Part shown: one piece after another, positions 34,178-46,400 of the stretch | Numbering within the stretch: position 1 is the first letter of the stretch | Layout of the letters: every line of letters starts with the position of its first letter | NCBI GenBank assembly: GCA_048013815.1 | Contig: CM106585.1 | Coordinates: forward strand, 2,046,001 to 2,110,000 | Reading direction: 5' to 3' | Source: Setoptus koraiensis | Lineage: Eukaryota; Animalia; Arthropoda | DNA: 64,000 nucleotides | Translations under genes and position numbers: made by a program | Notes under the pieces: generated by a model | Seen by the model: the letters and a program-made list of their open reading frames with translations, nothing else | The model's database searches: none | What the model was told of the DNA's origin: nothing

Positions 34178-35240
34178 ATGGCCTCTGGTCGGTCAAGCGC
34201 GACGTACAATTTAGCTAAATTCTTATTATTTGGTCTGAATTTTCTTATATTTGTGAGTATTCTACTTATCTAGTTCCCATGCAATCGACAACAATAACAT
34301 TTCAATTAACAATAAGCATTAATATCCAATCGACACGATTTACGCCAGACATTTGGCGTACTACTACTAAGTTTGAGTTTGTGGGTTCGGAGTGACAGTG
34401 GATTATGGGTATATACAGAGAATCTAACTTTGAGCAGGTACTATTGGGCTTGTTACATGGGCATGGGAGCCGGAAGTCTTCTAGTGCTAGTATCATTCAT
34501 TGGTTGCATGGGAACCCTTCTGGAGAGCCGCTTATTGGTGACTACAGTAAGTTATCTAGTAATTTTGTACATTGAAAGCGCATTCCATTGATGCAGCTCA
34601 ACTGATTATTAATAGCGATCACAATCGATTCGATTCATAACCCAACTGAAAAAAAAAAGTTTACAATAGTCACAATAGTTACAATTGTACTGGAGATCAT
34701 TCTAATGGTATTCGTTTGGAGGATACCCGGAGGTGATCGACTTCAAAATGAATTGGCGCAAGAATTAAAGTATCACATTGACATGATGGACTATTCTGCT
34801 AGGTCCAGAGATTTTCTGGATCTGGTACAATTGAAACTGCAATGCTGTGGAGCTTACTCTTTCGTTGACTACAAGAACATGCAAATGCCTGTACCTCAAT
34901 CCTGCAGCAACGATCTGACTAACAACATAAATTACAGGGTCAGTATGTGAATTAGTATCATTACATATCCTTGCATCAATCATCACGACTAATCTAATTG
35001 AATCTATCATTTATTATTTTTCTAATTCCTCGTTCGTAGCCCTGTGGCGAAATGCTTCGACGTTATCTAGAAATACGAGGCGGAGCAATGGGCGGCTTTG
35101 CATTGTCATTACTATTATTGCAATTTATACTAATAACCTTATCTATTGGTTTCAGCTACGTCTCAAAGCAAGCCAAAAACACATTTTATACAAATCAGAA
35201 AGAGGTCACTTTAATCCGAAAAGAAGATGCAAGACGTTGA
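34178..35240 (+). CDS. Tetraspanin; model join(34178..34252,34349..34546,34660..34938,35040..35240)
   Basis: Four TM segments (KFLLFGLNFLIF-TFGVLLLSLSLWVR; GAGSLLVLVSFIGCMGTLLES; FTIVTIV...; GGFALSLLLLQFILITLSI). Large loop with LQCCG, PVPQSC and RPC. Three phase-0 introns. Confidence 0.93.
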
Positions 35241-35504
35241 ACTATGAATGGCGCGGATGTTAATCACGATTGAAACTTCTAGAACTTCTATAGTACTGAC
35301 ACAATTGAGTAGATTCAGAGTTCTAAACTAAAACTAGAGAGCAGTAGATAAATTGTAACTCTATATTCATCAACAAGCTTGCGAACAACCAATAGAAAGA
35401 AATTGTTACCTTTAACCTATTCTTCAATGCTAAATCTAGAACCAATTACAGCAGGCAAGCTCGTGTAATAAACTTTATTGACATGACATCACGCTCTATT
35501 TGTT

Positions 35505-36492
35505 TTATTTTGATACTTTTGGTGACAGGGTGAGCGACTCTTTGACGACATTCGGTTCTTCTGTTACTGGGGCACCTCGACCCATCCATCCGCCCACTCT
35601 CGTGAAACCTCCTCTTACCAAACTAGAGGTAGCATGTAAACCAGACGAGACAAACATGCGAGCCTCAGCTACTTCGGTAGTCAAAAATAGATAGGCGCGC
35701 GTGTAGAGGGAAAACAATGGATCTAGAAAAGATTTGACCCGACCGACGAACCCTTCTCCCATAGAAGCCGGCTTTTGATCCGCTCTCCTGATTGTTGGTT
35801 GGATTTGTTGCAGGTGACGCACAACTTGATTTGCTATCGAGCAGGCCTCTGGCTTGGAAAATTCCGCTTGAATCCAAGCGGTGTTGAGATGAGAAATGAG
35901 ATGCTTGGAACTGTTGGCTTTGACATCATAAAAGACGTTCTCAAAATCCAATACGACAGATTGGTTGAGTGCTGCTCTCTTGAATTCGTCATACAGCACA
36001 TCCATGACGTCGTCCAACGTTTGGCATCTGAGAACCTTGCTCACAGAAAATTCAGTGGCGTTGATATCTCCAAGAATGGGGTAAGTTGCAGCTTCCTCAG
36101 CACAAATACTTTTGAATAGTCTGATAGTGGCGTTCACATTATCTTGATCATAATTGGCGACATCGAAGAAATTATTCATCTGATTCACTAAATAGTGTTC
36201 AGCAGTTTCATTGTAGCCTGCGACAGGATCAAGGTTGTGGCAATGAGTGAATCGCTCTAGTGCGTGTCGCACATGCAAAAAACTCGATGAAAACTACAGG
36301 GTTTCGATAATTTCGTGGATGGGGTCGTGAAATAGTTTAGTTAGGAAATGTCGTTATGATTCATTTTGAAAAAGAACCTGTTACAATTAAATAGATGTGA
36401 CTTACCCATGGACTGATGGCACAAGTTGGGTAGGCACTGAAGCTCAACAGAGCCAGACCAAGCAACATGATGCTTTTCGTATTACTTGACAT
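35505..36492 (-). CDS. Secreted protein of unknown function (~291 aa); model complement(join(35505..36293,36406..36492))
   Basis: Signal exon MSSNTKSIMLLGLALLSFSAYPTCAISPW|GTAAGT joins in phase 0 at the CTGTAG acceptor to the 257-aa ORF. Several N-x-S/T sequons (NET, NAT, NAT, NQS, NSS). No domain recognised. Confidence 0.8.
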
Positions 36493-36749
36493 GTTGAATA
36501 TCCGTTTTAGCTGTATGGTATGTTGGTGATGATATCAATTTTCTGCGAATGTTACCGTTATCCAGTAAGTGTAAAATGAAACTGAAATGGCTTCGGTTGA
36601 TTTGACTATCAACAACTGAAAATGGGCGGTTGAATCCTTTGTGCTCGCATGTTTGTTTCGAGTGAAACTCGTGGCACTCCTATGTTCTCTTTGGTCGTGC
36701 TTCTTTCTCGGTGGTCACGATGGAAAGGATTTTAAGCGAAACAAAGATG

Positions 36750-36990
36750 CGAAAGAAAGTGGGCTCGTCCCTATTGCTTTACCTTTATCCTAGTGCTCGT
36801 CTCCTTCTTGAATCTCATCCATGATCGGTTTCGAGAATGAAGCACGACCATGATAAATGGCAGAAGGAATTGAGGATGGCCACGAGTTTCACGTGGAACA
36901 AGTTTTCGAGCACAAAGGATTCGGCTGAATTCGTTGTTTATTCGCACAAATACAACAATCTGAGATGGAACGTACATTTAATCGAACCAA
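36750..36990 (+). mobile_element. Possible decayed gypsy integrase C-terminus with chromodomain-like tail
   Basis: RKKVGSSLLLYLYPS...SHP*SVSRMK resembles KKVG..Y.L.LP...HPVFHVS.LK. After a frameshift, EDGHEFHVEQVFEHKG resembles the chromodomain start E.Y.VE.I..H+. Confidence 0.35.
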
Positions 36991-37153
36991 ATGAGCCACT
37001 TGCAGCAAACAAAGAACAAAGCTTCTCTCATTGTGCGCAGAACTAAGGCGTCCAAATCGAATAGAAGACATCTAAACCATGAACGGAGCGTCACAATTAA
37101 GGTAGAGACGTTGTCGATAATTGCATTCATTTATAGGAAATATCTTTCATCTT

Positions 37154-37392
37154 TGTTGTTCTCTAGACAACTGTGGCTACTGCTGTTCGGGTTCGCGCTG
37201 CTGAAAGTTGCCAGAATCGAGACTCGAATCAAAATTTGTTGTTCGTTGCTGTTGCTGATTCTTCTCCGGTTCCGAATCTCGTATGTTCTGTTGAGTTTGC
37301 TGAGGCGCCTCTAGCTGTTGACGTTGCCCAACTACAGTCTCTTGTTGTTAATCGGTATCAGCGAAGCCAGTGTGTTGCTGTCGATCTTGTGG
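37154..37392 (-). pseudogene. Duplicated, internally deleted fragment of the Gln-rich gene (source 45271-45584)
   Basis: Near-identical blocks such as CTGCTGTTCGGGTTCGCGCTGCTGAAAGTTGCCAGAATCGAGACTCGAATCAAAATTTGTTGTT and CCGAATCTCGTATGTTCTGTTGAGTTTGCTGAGGCGCCTCT. Gln codons are converted to TAA and TAG in the parental frame. Confidence 0.93.
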
Positions 37393-37528
37393 AAAGAATA
37401 TCATTGGAATTGTTGAAATCACGACAACAGTGATCACGCTAGTTTTGTTGATATAAATACATGAGGAGGTTCTGACACGAGACAGATTTGAAAGAAAGAC
37501 ATCACTAAATACCAGAGTGACTGGTCAA

Positions 37529-37734
37529 GATGCAGTCTGCTTCAACTATGAAGCAACCATCATTCGAACGGCTTGATTAGCATAGATAATCGGACAACAT
37601 CGTCGATAAACACTGCTTCCAACTCGAGGTACTCATCCAACCACCTCGAGCTCATCATATGAAATTTTAGCTCGTGTCCATCACAGAACCTCGTTATAAT
37701 AGCCATCTAAAAAGCACACGAGTAACGTCTGCCT
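37529..37734 (+). repeat. Dispersed repeat B, copy 2
   Basis: Collinear with 10418-10607, with indels. Confidence 0.85.
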
Positions 37735-37855
37735 GAACAGTTTACAGAAACAACAGCAACAATCTATATAAACATCAATCAATACTAATTAAACCATTAC
37801 ATAAGTGAATCTGAGTATATAAGGCGTGACAGAGTTTGTTTATTAGGGATTAGTA

Positions 37856-39563
37856 TCATTGCTCAAGTTTAGGTGCTTTTGTAGATGTAAGACCAGCTCT
37901 CATGATCTCATCGACGAGTAATAGATTGTTAGCGATGACTGAGCATGAGTTGATAAGTTGCTTCTTAACTGTATAATTATCGAAAATACCGACATCAACT
38001 GGATTGACAGGTTCTCCGGTGTTAAGATCAAGACCAACTACCAAATTTGTAGCTGAACGTTCGTGTATCAATTTGACCATAACCTCTTGTTGATCGAAAC
38101 CTGAGTTCAGTGCCAGGGTTTTTGGTACCACTGTTAAAGCGTCGGCGAAAGCTTGGATACCATATGATTTCTTATCTTTTATGGTGTTCTTGTACTCCAA
38201 TAAAGCAAGATATGCTGCTATCTCAAAGGCTCCAGCACCGGGTATTAGAGCTTTGTCTTCGATCGCATTCTTGACAGCGCGCAGGCCATCATAGACGGCA
38301 TCCTTGATTTGAGTCATTCCATGTTTGGTTGCTGCTTTTATTAAGATAGTCGAAGATTTGGGATTTTTAACCTCTTCAACAAAAGTATATTTCTCCTCAC
38401 CTAAAACATACTCATAAATACTGCCAGCCCTACCTAAGCATTCCGGACTCAGTTCATCAAGACTGTTTATTGGGTAACCACCACAACATAATGGTATTCT
38501 TTCCATGTTACGGCGTTTGGCTCTCCTAAGTCCAAGAATACCTGCTTTGGCTAATGTATCTAGACTGTTTGGATCAATGCCTTGCTGATTGTACAAGAAA
38601 AATCCTTCTCCGTTTTTGCAAACTTTTTCCTTAAGTTCAATAATCTTTTTACAGCGATCATCAATGTATTTTCTCTCAGCCTCAACTAGCTTTTCACGTT
38701 CCTCGGCTGTTTTGTAGAAAAACCCAGAATGGACAGTTGTTTTCTCATATTCTAGACTAACATTCATGGCCAAAACGTAAGCATCTTTAAGGACTTTTGG
38801 CATATCCGGGTGCCTTGAGCCATGGTCCAACACCAGACCTCTGATTAGTTTAGTTTCATCTTCGGTTTTGTGATGCATCTCCATTATTTCCACCATGTGT
38901 AAGTCGATTGGTGTATCGGGGCTGCGGACAATGTTTACTGCATCAACACATATGTCTGTAAGGTTATCAGCCACTTTAGCATTAACTTTGGTCCTAAGGC
39001 ATGTGTTTGCCACTTTAATTAAGATGTCTCTGTCTTCGGGATTGATTGGAATTTTCATTTCCTCTAAAATAGCTAAGGATTTCTTTTTTGCCAATTCAAA
39101 CCCATCAGCGATAACTCTTGGGTGCAGGCCATCATTGATGTAGATTTCACTCTGTTTCAATAGTTCACCAATAAGTAAAACTGTCGAAGTGGTACCATCT
39201 CCTGTTTGGTCATTTTGCGCTGTCGATGCTTTGGCAATCAATGATGCCGTAGGGTGAGATATTTGCATTTCATGCAATAGAACATTCCCATCTTTTGTTA
39301 GCTTGATGTCACCAGCTCCGGAGACAAGCCTAAGAAAACATTTGGTTGCATAAACAAATGGATGAGTGTCAGTTGATTCGGTTCTATGACAACTAGATTG
39401 AGTATTGATAATGATGATAAACTTACATTTTCATTGTTCCTCTGGGTCCTAAGTTACTTTTGAGTACATCTTGAAGCCCTTTCGCACCGCTGATGTTGAC
39501 CGCCAAGGCTTGGGAGTGGCGAGCAATCTCGGCTTTGGGATTCAATAAAGTTATGGCTGCCAT
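37856..39563 (-). CDS. CCT6: T-complex protein 1 subunit zeta (chaperonin CCT6); model complement(join(37856..39329,39427..39563))
   Basis: [46 protein letters not shown]|[73 protein letters not shown] and [10 protein letters not shown] are zeta-subunit signatures. Phase-2 intron. Confidence 0.98.
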
Positions 39564-40323
39564 TGTAAATTGGGTAGGCTTATCTCTCTACTCTACTGGG
39601 TTCTATAGTGTCGACAAAAAGCTGACACCCTATCTATCCTTTATGAGATTAGAAAGTTTTTAATAAAATGTCTTGCTGATTAGTAAATTTAGTTAGAGTT
39701 CGAGGATAGGTTGAGGAATCGCTCCAGTTCAGTTGCAGCATTGATTTTGTTTAATTCGGTAAGGAGGTTCGGTAGCATGCTTGTATTTTTGCATTGCGCA
39801 TGCACCGATATGTTGGCCGCTTAATTCGAAACGCATTTTTCGCATTGGGGGAAGGGAGGGCGCTTCCATTGCGCGAGACGGGGCGGCACCAATCTAGTCA
39901 GCATAGTCTCAGGCAGATCTTCCCTCAAATAAACTCACTTCTTGATACCCCTTGATACGTACGAAAGCAGTGATGTAAAAATATAAAATACTTCTCTCCT
40001 GGAGCACCCATATTATTATTATTTTCTCGTGAGAGGGGCATCCAAAATCAATGGATGAGTCACGTGTACCTAATTTTATTCAATGGAGATTGTCAATGGA
40101 GAATCAGTGTTATTTAAAAAAACAACATCTAACATTTATACCATCATAGCATGAGTCATTAGATTGGAACGGATTATTGTTAACTATCCTGCGTCATGTT
40201 AAGCTTCTGACAAGTAGCCCTATTGAACCCGTCAAATAGTTCCTTTCAATTGTTTGCCATGAGAAAGCTTTATTGTTGCCATTTATACATCAATTGTCCG
40301 ACACTAATTAACTTACAGTTAAA
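39564..40323. promoter_or_regulatory. Probable shared (divergent) promoter region of CCT6 and the copine
   Basis: 760 bp between two head-to-head ATGs, with a GC-rich patch (~39790-39900) including TGCGCATGC. Inferred from gene layout. Confidence 0.45.
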
Positions 40324-42148
40324 ATGACATCTCCAAGCACCTACGCATCCGCACCAACAGTTCAGCAGGTGGAACTCTTGCAGCAAGACCACGAACACAG
40401 CAAAACAACGGTAGAGTTGAGTATAAGGTGCAGGAACTTACCTGACTGTGACATTATTACGAAATCCGACCCACAAGTCATTGTTTTCCGATTTGATCCA
40501 AAACAAAAAGATAAATTGTATGAGCTAGGACGGACCGAAGTCATAGCCGATAATCTCAATCCTATTTTTGCCAAAAAGATTTTTATCAATTATCATTTTG
40601 AACAAATTCAACGACTCAGATTTCAAGGTATGTTATTACAGTACCCTAGGTCGACACCTATTCCAGTACTACAATCTATTACATTATCTATGCTGCAAAT
40701 CAATATTAGACGTCCATTTTTTCTAAAGCTCTATTTGCTCATTAATTTTCGTCACAATAATCTACTACTTTCGAACAGTCTATGATGTAGATCCCGTTGG
40801 ACAAGACGATTTCCTTGGTTACGTAGATACAACGTTAGCAGATATAATAGCTGCTAAGTCTGGAGAGTTCAGTCAGAAACTATTGAATGGTCCACAAAAG
40901 AATCGTCCCGGAGAAATTTTTATATCTGCCGAAGAGCTTGTTTTTTGCAAACAAGAGGCTAAATTTACCATTTGCGCATCTAATTTAAGCCCAGTATTTT
41001 GTGGTTTGTTGAATCCTAGTCCTTCTCTGTATATTTATCGCTTTAACGAGGGTGGCAGCCTGACTATCGTTCACAGATCCCCCACGATCGCTAGAACAAC
41101 AAACCCAATCTTTAAACCATTTCATTTGAAGTTATCCTCACTCTGCAATGGGGACTTTGATCGAACATTGAAATTGGAATTAATTAATCATAGATTTGGC
41201 GCTCAAAAACCATTAGGCTATATAGAAACAACAATCAATAGTTTGAAGCTCAACAAAGAAAGTAAAATTTTTCAACTTTTGGATCCCTACAGCAACTCTC
41301 CTAGCGTCTCTAGTATCTCAATCAGTGACTTTCACATCATCAACCAGGCATCTTTCCTTGATTACATTAAAGCTGGATGTCAGATACACTTTATTGTTTC
41401 GATTGACTTCACAGCGTCAAATGGTGCCCCCAGTGACCCATCGAGCTTACACTATCTATCCATGATCAAAAATCCTTATGAAATAGCTCTAGAAGCAGTG
41501 GGTAACATAATTCGACCCTATGATACCACCGGGATGTATGCAGGATTTGGGTTTGGTGCAAAGTTGAAGGGTGCTAGAAATCCTCCCTCTCACTTATTCC
41601 CTCTGAATGGAGTTGAAGCACACCCCTACGTTAATTCCATAGAAGAATTACTAAAATCATACAAGTCTAAACTCAGTGAGGTAATTTTATCTGGTCCAAC
41701 TTGTTTCGCGCCGTGCATCTCTTATTGCAACTCAATTGCGGATAATTACTCAGATGGTAATCATTACTTTGTGTTGTTGATCATAACTGACGGCATAATT
41801 AGTGACTTGAATCAAACGAAACAAGCCATCATCAAAGCGAGTGGTTCGCCATTATCTATTATAATATGTGGTGTTGGAGATGCGGACTTCACAACTATGA
41901 ATGAATTGGACTCCGACGATGAATTGCTCACATATAATGGGAAGCCAGCTGAACGAGACATTGTTCAGTTTGTTCCAATGAATAATTTTCTATCGTTTGA
42001 TTCTAATGTCAAACGAAGATCGCCTGATTTTTGGGTAGAATCTCAACGTCTGTTAGCCGCAGAAGTATTGGCTGAAATACCTGACCAACTGACTTCTTTT
42101 ATGGTCTCACGTAATTTACATACAGAATTAACGCATGTCTCGGACTAA
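40324..42148 (+). CDS. Copine (C2A-C2B-vWA); model join(40324..40627,40779..42148)
   Basis: VELSIRCRNLPDCDIITKSDP...ELGRTEVI.DNLNP.F...Y.FE..Q.LRFQ|VYDVD...DDFLG (C2A), a second C2 domain, then SFLDYI..G...IDFTASNG.P..P.SLHY...NPYE.A...GFGAK...LLIITDG.ISD...LSIII.GVG.ADF...ERDIVQFVP (copine vWA). Confidence 0.96.
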
Positions 42149-42473
42149 AATCTCCAATCGAAGAACAGAAAACAAATTATAAACACCATTGAGGAATCGA
42201 ACAAAAGATAAATTCACGAGGTAAAAAAAATCGCACAGCAACATATGTGGTGGCAATATGATACTATATCCAATAAAGTCCATCGAATATCATCATTTCT
42301 GATTAATGGACCAAATCCGAAGCAAATATTGACTTATGATAACTATTAGTATACTGCCACTAACTGCTTCTATCTGTCAATGCACAGAACTGACTAGTGT
42401 GGTGAACTTTATTCGGATGACTGTTTTATTTATCGACTATGCTATTTAGTTTAGCTCCCTGTTCTTCTCTGCT

Positions 42474-42848
42474 TCATGGCGCGTTCTTTGGGCGCATGGA
42501 TACGGCGCTTCTTTCTTTTTTTTTGAGGCCGAACTTTTTGTCTCGATAGTAGCGAATAGTCGCTCTGTCAACTTTATAATCAGTTGCGAGCTTCGTTATG
42601 GTTTGCGGATTCTCAATCAGCAATTTACTTCGTAAGGCGTCTTGCTGTCTGGGAGACAGCTTCGGCTTGCGGCCTGGTTTTAACTTGTTCTTGGGTGTTT
42701 CGAGTCTTCCATCCAACTTCTTCTTGACATTACTTATGAAAGTGTTCGAAATAGTCATATTTTCTTCTCTGCATCGCTTAATTATCATAGAATAGGACCA
42801 ATTATCCCTCAGAAGAGAGTATACAAAGCCTCTCTTAAAATCGCCCAT
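42474..42848 (-). mobile_element. Tc1/mariner-like transposase remnant (N-terminal DNA-binding region; catalytic domain lost)
   Basis: HTH-like segment, linker KPGRKPKLSPRQ (GRPR-like), second HTH QTITKLATDYKVDRATIRYY, then a poly-A slip into KRKKRRIH. No intact DDE domain and no TIR pair found. Confidence 0.7.
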
Positions 42849-43427
42849 TTTGTCAATCAAGTGGATCAAAGATCAACTGAAATTTGTCAACACACAAAGA
42901 AGAGTTACACGACAGGCAGCAGTTAAAAAAACCGTTGAAAAAAAAAACATTCAGAAATTATGAACACACAAAATCGCTCCACTGAATATATCCCACATAG
43001 GTAGATGGGCGTGTGTAATGAATAATCGAGGCGTAAAGTGATTTAATTTTGAGAGAATTATGATATTATAGTTTATTTTATTATTACACTCTTATCACTT
43101 AGTATCAAATAATATTAACCCATGGATGAAAGTGGTTGATGAAGCCGATATATATATATATACTTATATATATATAAATGAGATATCTACATAGAAGGAG
43201 AAAGTAGTATTGATAGAGATTTCCAGGAGTTAAGTTAGTTCTAGAGCCTTCATAGAATTTAAATCATCAGCTTTATCAGGCCTCCAAATGTTGCAGGCCC
43301 TCATTGTATTTAGTGTAATCAATTGGTGGGCTCGGGTATTATTCGAGAAATACCTAAAGATTCTTGAATTGAGCCAATTAGTTTAATGTGATATGGCTTT
43401 CTGTTTGTTTGTTCTCAACCAATTGTT

Positions 43428-46400
43428 TTAATATGAGCTAATCACTCTTGAGGCCGGCCTACTTATCCTCTCTGGTTCGAATTGTAATGGATTAAAATTC
43501 GCTAGAACCTGTGGTGAAAAAGTCTCTTGGGCTCCATTTTGTGTAGGTATCACTCGCTCTTGTTGATTGAAGTAATTGCCAGGCCTTTTGGATGACTTTG
43601 GCCTGATACGTCGCTTCACTGTACTAACTGGAGCCTGAGCCGCAGGAGCCTCTACTCTATAATTGTTTGACTGGAAACCATCATTTGAGTTGCCAGTATT
43701 ACCATCGACAGTGGTGGTTGATGTTTGTATAGATTGTTGTTGTGGTTCCTGTGGTCGTTGTTGTTGCTGTTGTTGTTGTTGTTCTTGATTCTGTTGCTGG
43801 TCCACAGATGGGGTCGTTTGAGTTTCAATCAAACTTTGTTCAGTTTTTGTTGTTCTAACCTGTTCTAGGTTATCATCAAAACTATTTAAATCACTTTGGC
43901 TACTAGACACTCGGTCGTTATTCTCATTTGGCAGACTCTCTTGTTGTTGTTGCTTGTCTGTTGATACTTGCTGCTGCTCATTGTTGTTATTTGATTGTGG
44001 TTCTGTAACAATTTTTTGATCACGATCATCAACTGAGACTTGTGGCTTTACAGTTGTCTGTTCCTCTTGTTGCTGATTGCTCTGCTGAAATGTATTTGTA
44101 GATGATTCGTCGTTTCTATTTCCGCCACTTCTATTTGAATCATCTACCAAGCTAGAGGTATTGTCTACGTCAACAGTGTTCTGTTGTTGTGGTGTAGTCT
44201 GACTCGTGACACCAGTGTCATCATTAGATGAAAACTGACCACTGGTTGTCGTCAGGCCAGACTGGTCATCTTGGTTACTGATGGCCGATGTTGCCTGCAA
44301 TTCATTATTCAAAGCGCCACTAGAAGATGCTAGACCCAATTGTGAAGATGATGATTCACTTTGACCACTCTCATTGTTGATGGTTTGCTGTTGTTGATCG
44401 CTGTTGGCTTGTGGAACGGCACTACTGAAAGAGGGCACACTGTCCACTTGACGGTCCAATGAACTCAACTGAGCAGAGGCGCCTGAAGACTCAAAGCCTT
44501 GGGTGTTTTGATTCAAGCCACTGTCACTTGATTGTTGTGCTGGCCTCTCTGGCGCTGCCGCCACCGATAATTGATCATCTGCGATAGTTGGCTGTTCACT
44601 GGCCTCAATGCCAACACTTGCAATAGTTGTGGGCGGCGGAAGTGGCGACCTTTGTATGAATGGGCGATCTTGCGCAACAGTTTTCTGTTGTTGTTGCCTG
44701 ACTTCTTTTGCTCTCGGCTGTGATTGTTGCAATTGTTGCTGCTGCTGAAGTCGCAAGTTGCTATTGTTAATATCCTGTTGTTGCTGTTGCTCGTCCAACG
44801 ACTGGGCGAACACATAACCGCCATCTTGTTGTTGTTGTTGCTGTTGTTGTTGTTGTTGTTGTTGCTGGTCAATGTTTTGCTGTGATACTCTCTGTTGATT
44901 GCTCTTGGCGACACTTTGAATCTTTTGCTTATTTTGCGCTCTCGGTCCGACTTGTTTGGCGATTAAATTCTGTTGTCTTTGCTTTTGCAATTGGGCCTTT
45001 CTCACCTCCTGCTTTTCTCGTTCTTCTTGGGCATTGATTATCGGAACATTTGAATTATCCTGTTGCTGCTGCTGCTGCTGCAACTGCTGTCTGTCATCCC
45101 CGAAACCTTCCGGTTGCGCTTGTTGGCCACTTTCGTCCTGTTGTTGTTGTTGTTGTTGTTGCGGCTGTTGCGGTTGCAAGTCGTCGTTGTCCTGATCAAC
45201 ATTTGTCTGCTGCTGATTGTTGGTGACTTCAAGTGGCAATTGAGAATTAGTGGTCACTTGCTGCTGCTGCTGTTCTCTAGGCAACTGTTGCTGCTGCTGT
45301 TCGGGTTCGCGCTGCTGAAAGTTGCCAGAATCGAGACTCGAATCAAAATTTGTTGTTTGCTGCTGTTGCTGATTCTTCTCCGGCTCCGAATCTCGTATGT
45401 TCTGTTGAGTTTGCTGAGGCGCCTCTCGATGTTGTTCTAGCTGCTGTTGCTGCTGGACATCCTCTCGGAATTGTTGTTGAGCAATCGTGCCTTGCAATTG
45501 TGGTTGACGTTGCTCAACTACAGCCTCTTGTTGTTGATCGGCATCGGCAAAGCCAGCCTGTTGCTGTTGCTGTTGTTCTTGTGGTTGCTGCTGAAAAACA
45601 ATCTCTTGTTTCTGCTGCTGAGGTTGCTGAAAGGTATCAGCTAATTGTTGCTGTTGAAGTGGTTCCTCATTTTGTTGTAATTGTTGCGACTGGACGATAG
45701 GCTCTCTGACTTGCTGTATAGGTTCCTGAAACTGTTGTTGTTGTTGTTGTTGTTGTTGGTAAGCCAACATTTCTCGGGGCACTTGTGCTGGAGGCAATGG
45801 ACGCGGTTTAATAGACAATCGATTCTTTGATGAGTTTACTTTGGTGGGCGATTGAGGCGCTGAATTGTCGCTCTGACTGATTGCCTGTGCTTTTTGAGTT
45901 TGCTTGCTTGGGGCGACCTCTTTAAGGCCCTTTGAAGCTGATGAAATCTTGCCACTCTTAAGGGCAGATTGTGCAATTGCCTGAGGTGAGCGAGGTGCCG
46001 CCAGTTGTTGCGTTATTGCCTTTGTTGACGTCTTAATGGCATTACTTTTTTTACTTCCTGACACCGGAGATTGTTGTTGCTGTTGTGTTATTTTGCTATG
46101 ATGTTGTTGACGCGGCTGCTGTTGTGGTTGGCTGAAACCTTTGGCCGAATCTATCGACGGCTGCTCGAAAGTATCAACGTTTGACTTTTGTTCAGTATGT
46201 TGACTCTGTTGGTCGTCGTCGAAGTTGTCACTGTCCGTCTTTTGTTGTTGTTGTTGTTGCCTCAGTTTGTCGGTTTTGCTCATTTCTGCCACAGCTTCAG
46301 CGATAAACGCAGTGTTCAGAGGGACAAACTGTTGCTGTTCTCTCACCTGCTGGATAGGTTCCCTGATCTGCTGGACGGGTTCTCTGACCTGTTGAATGGG

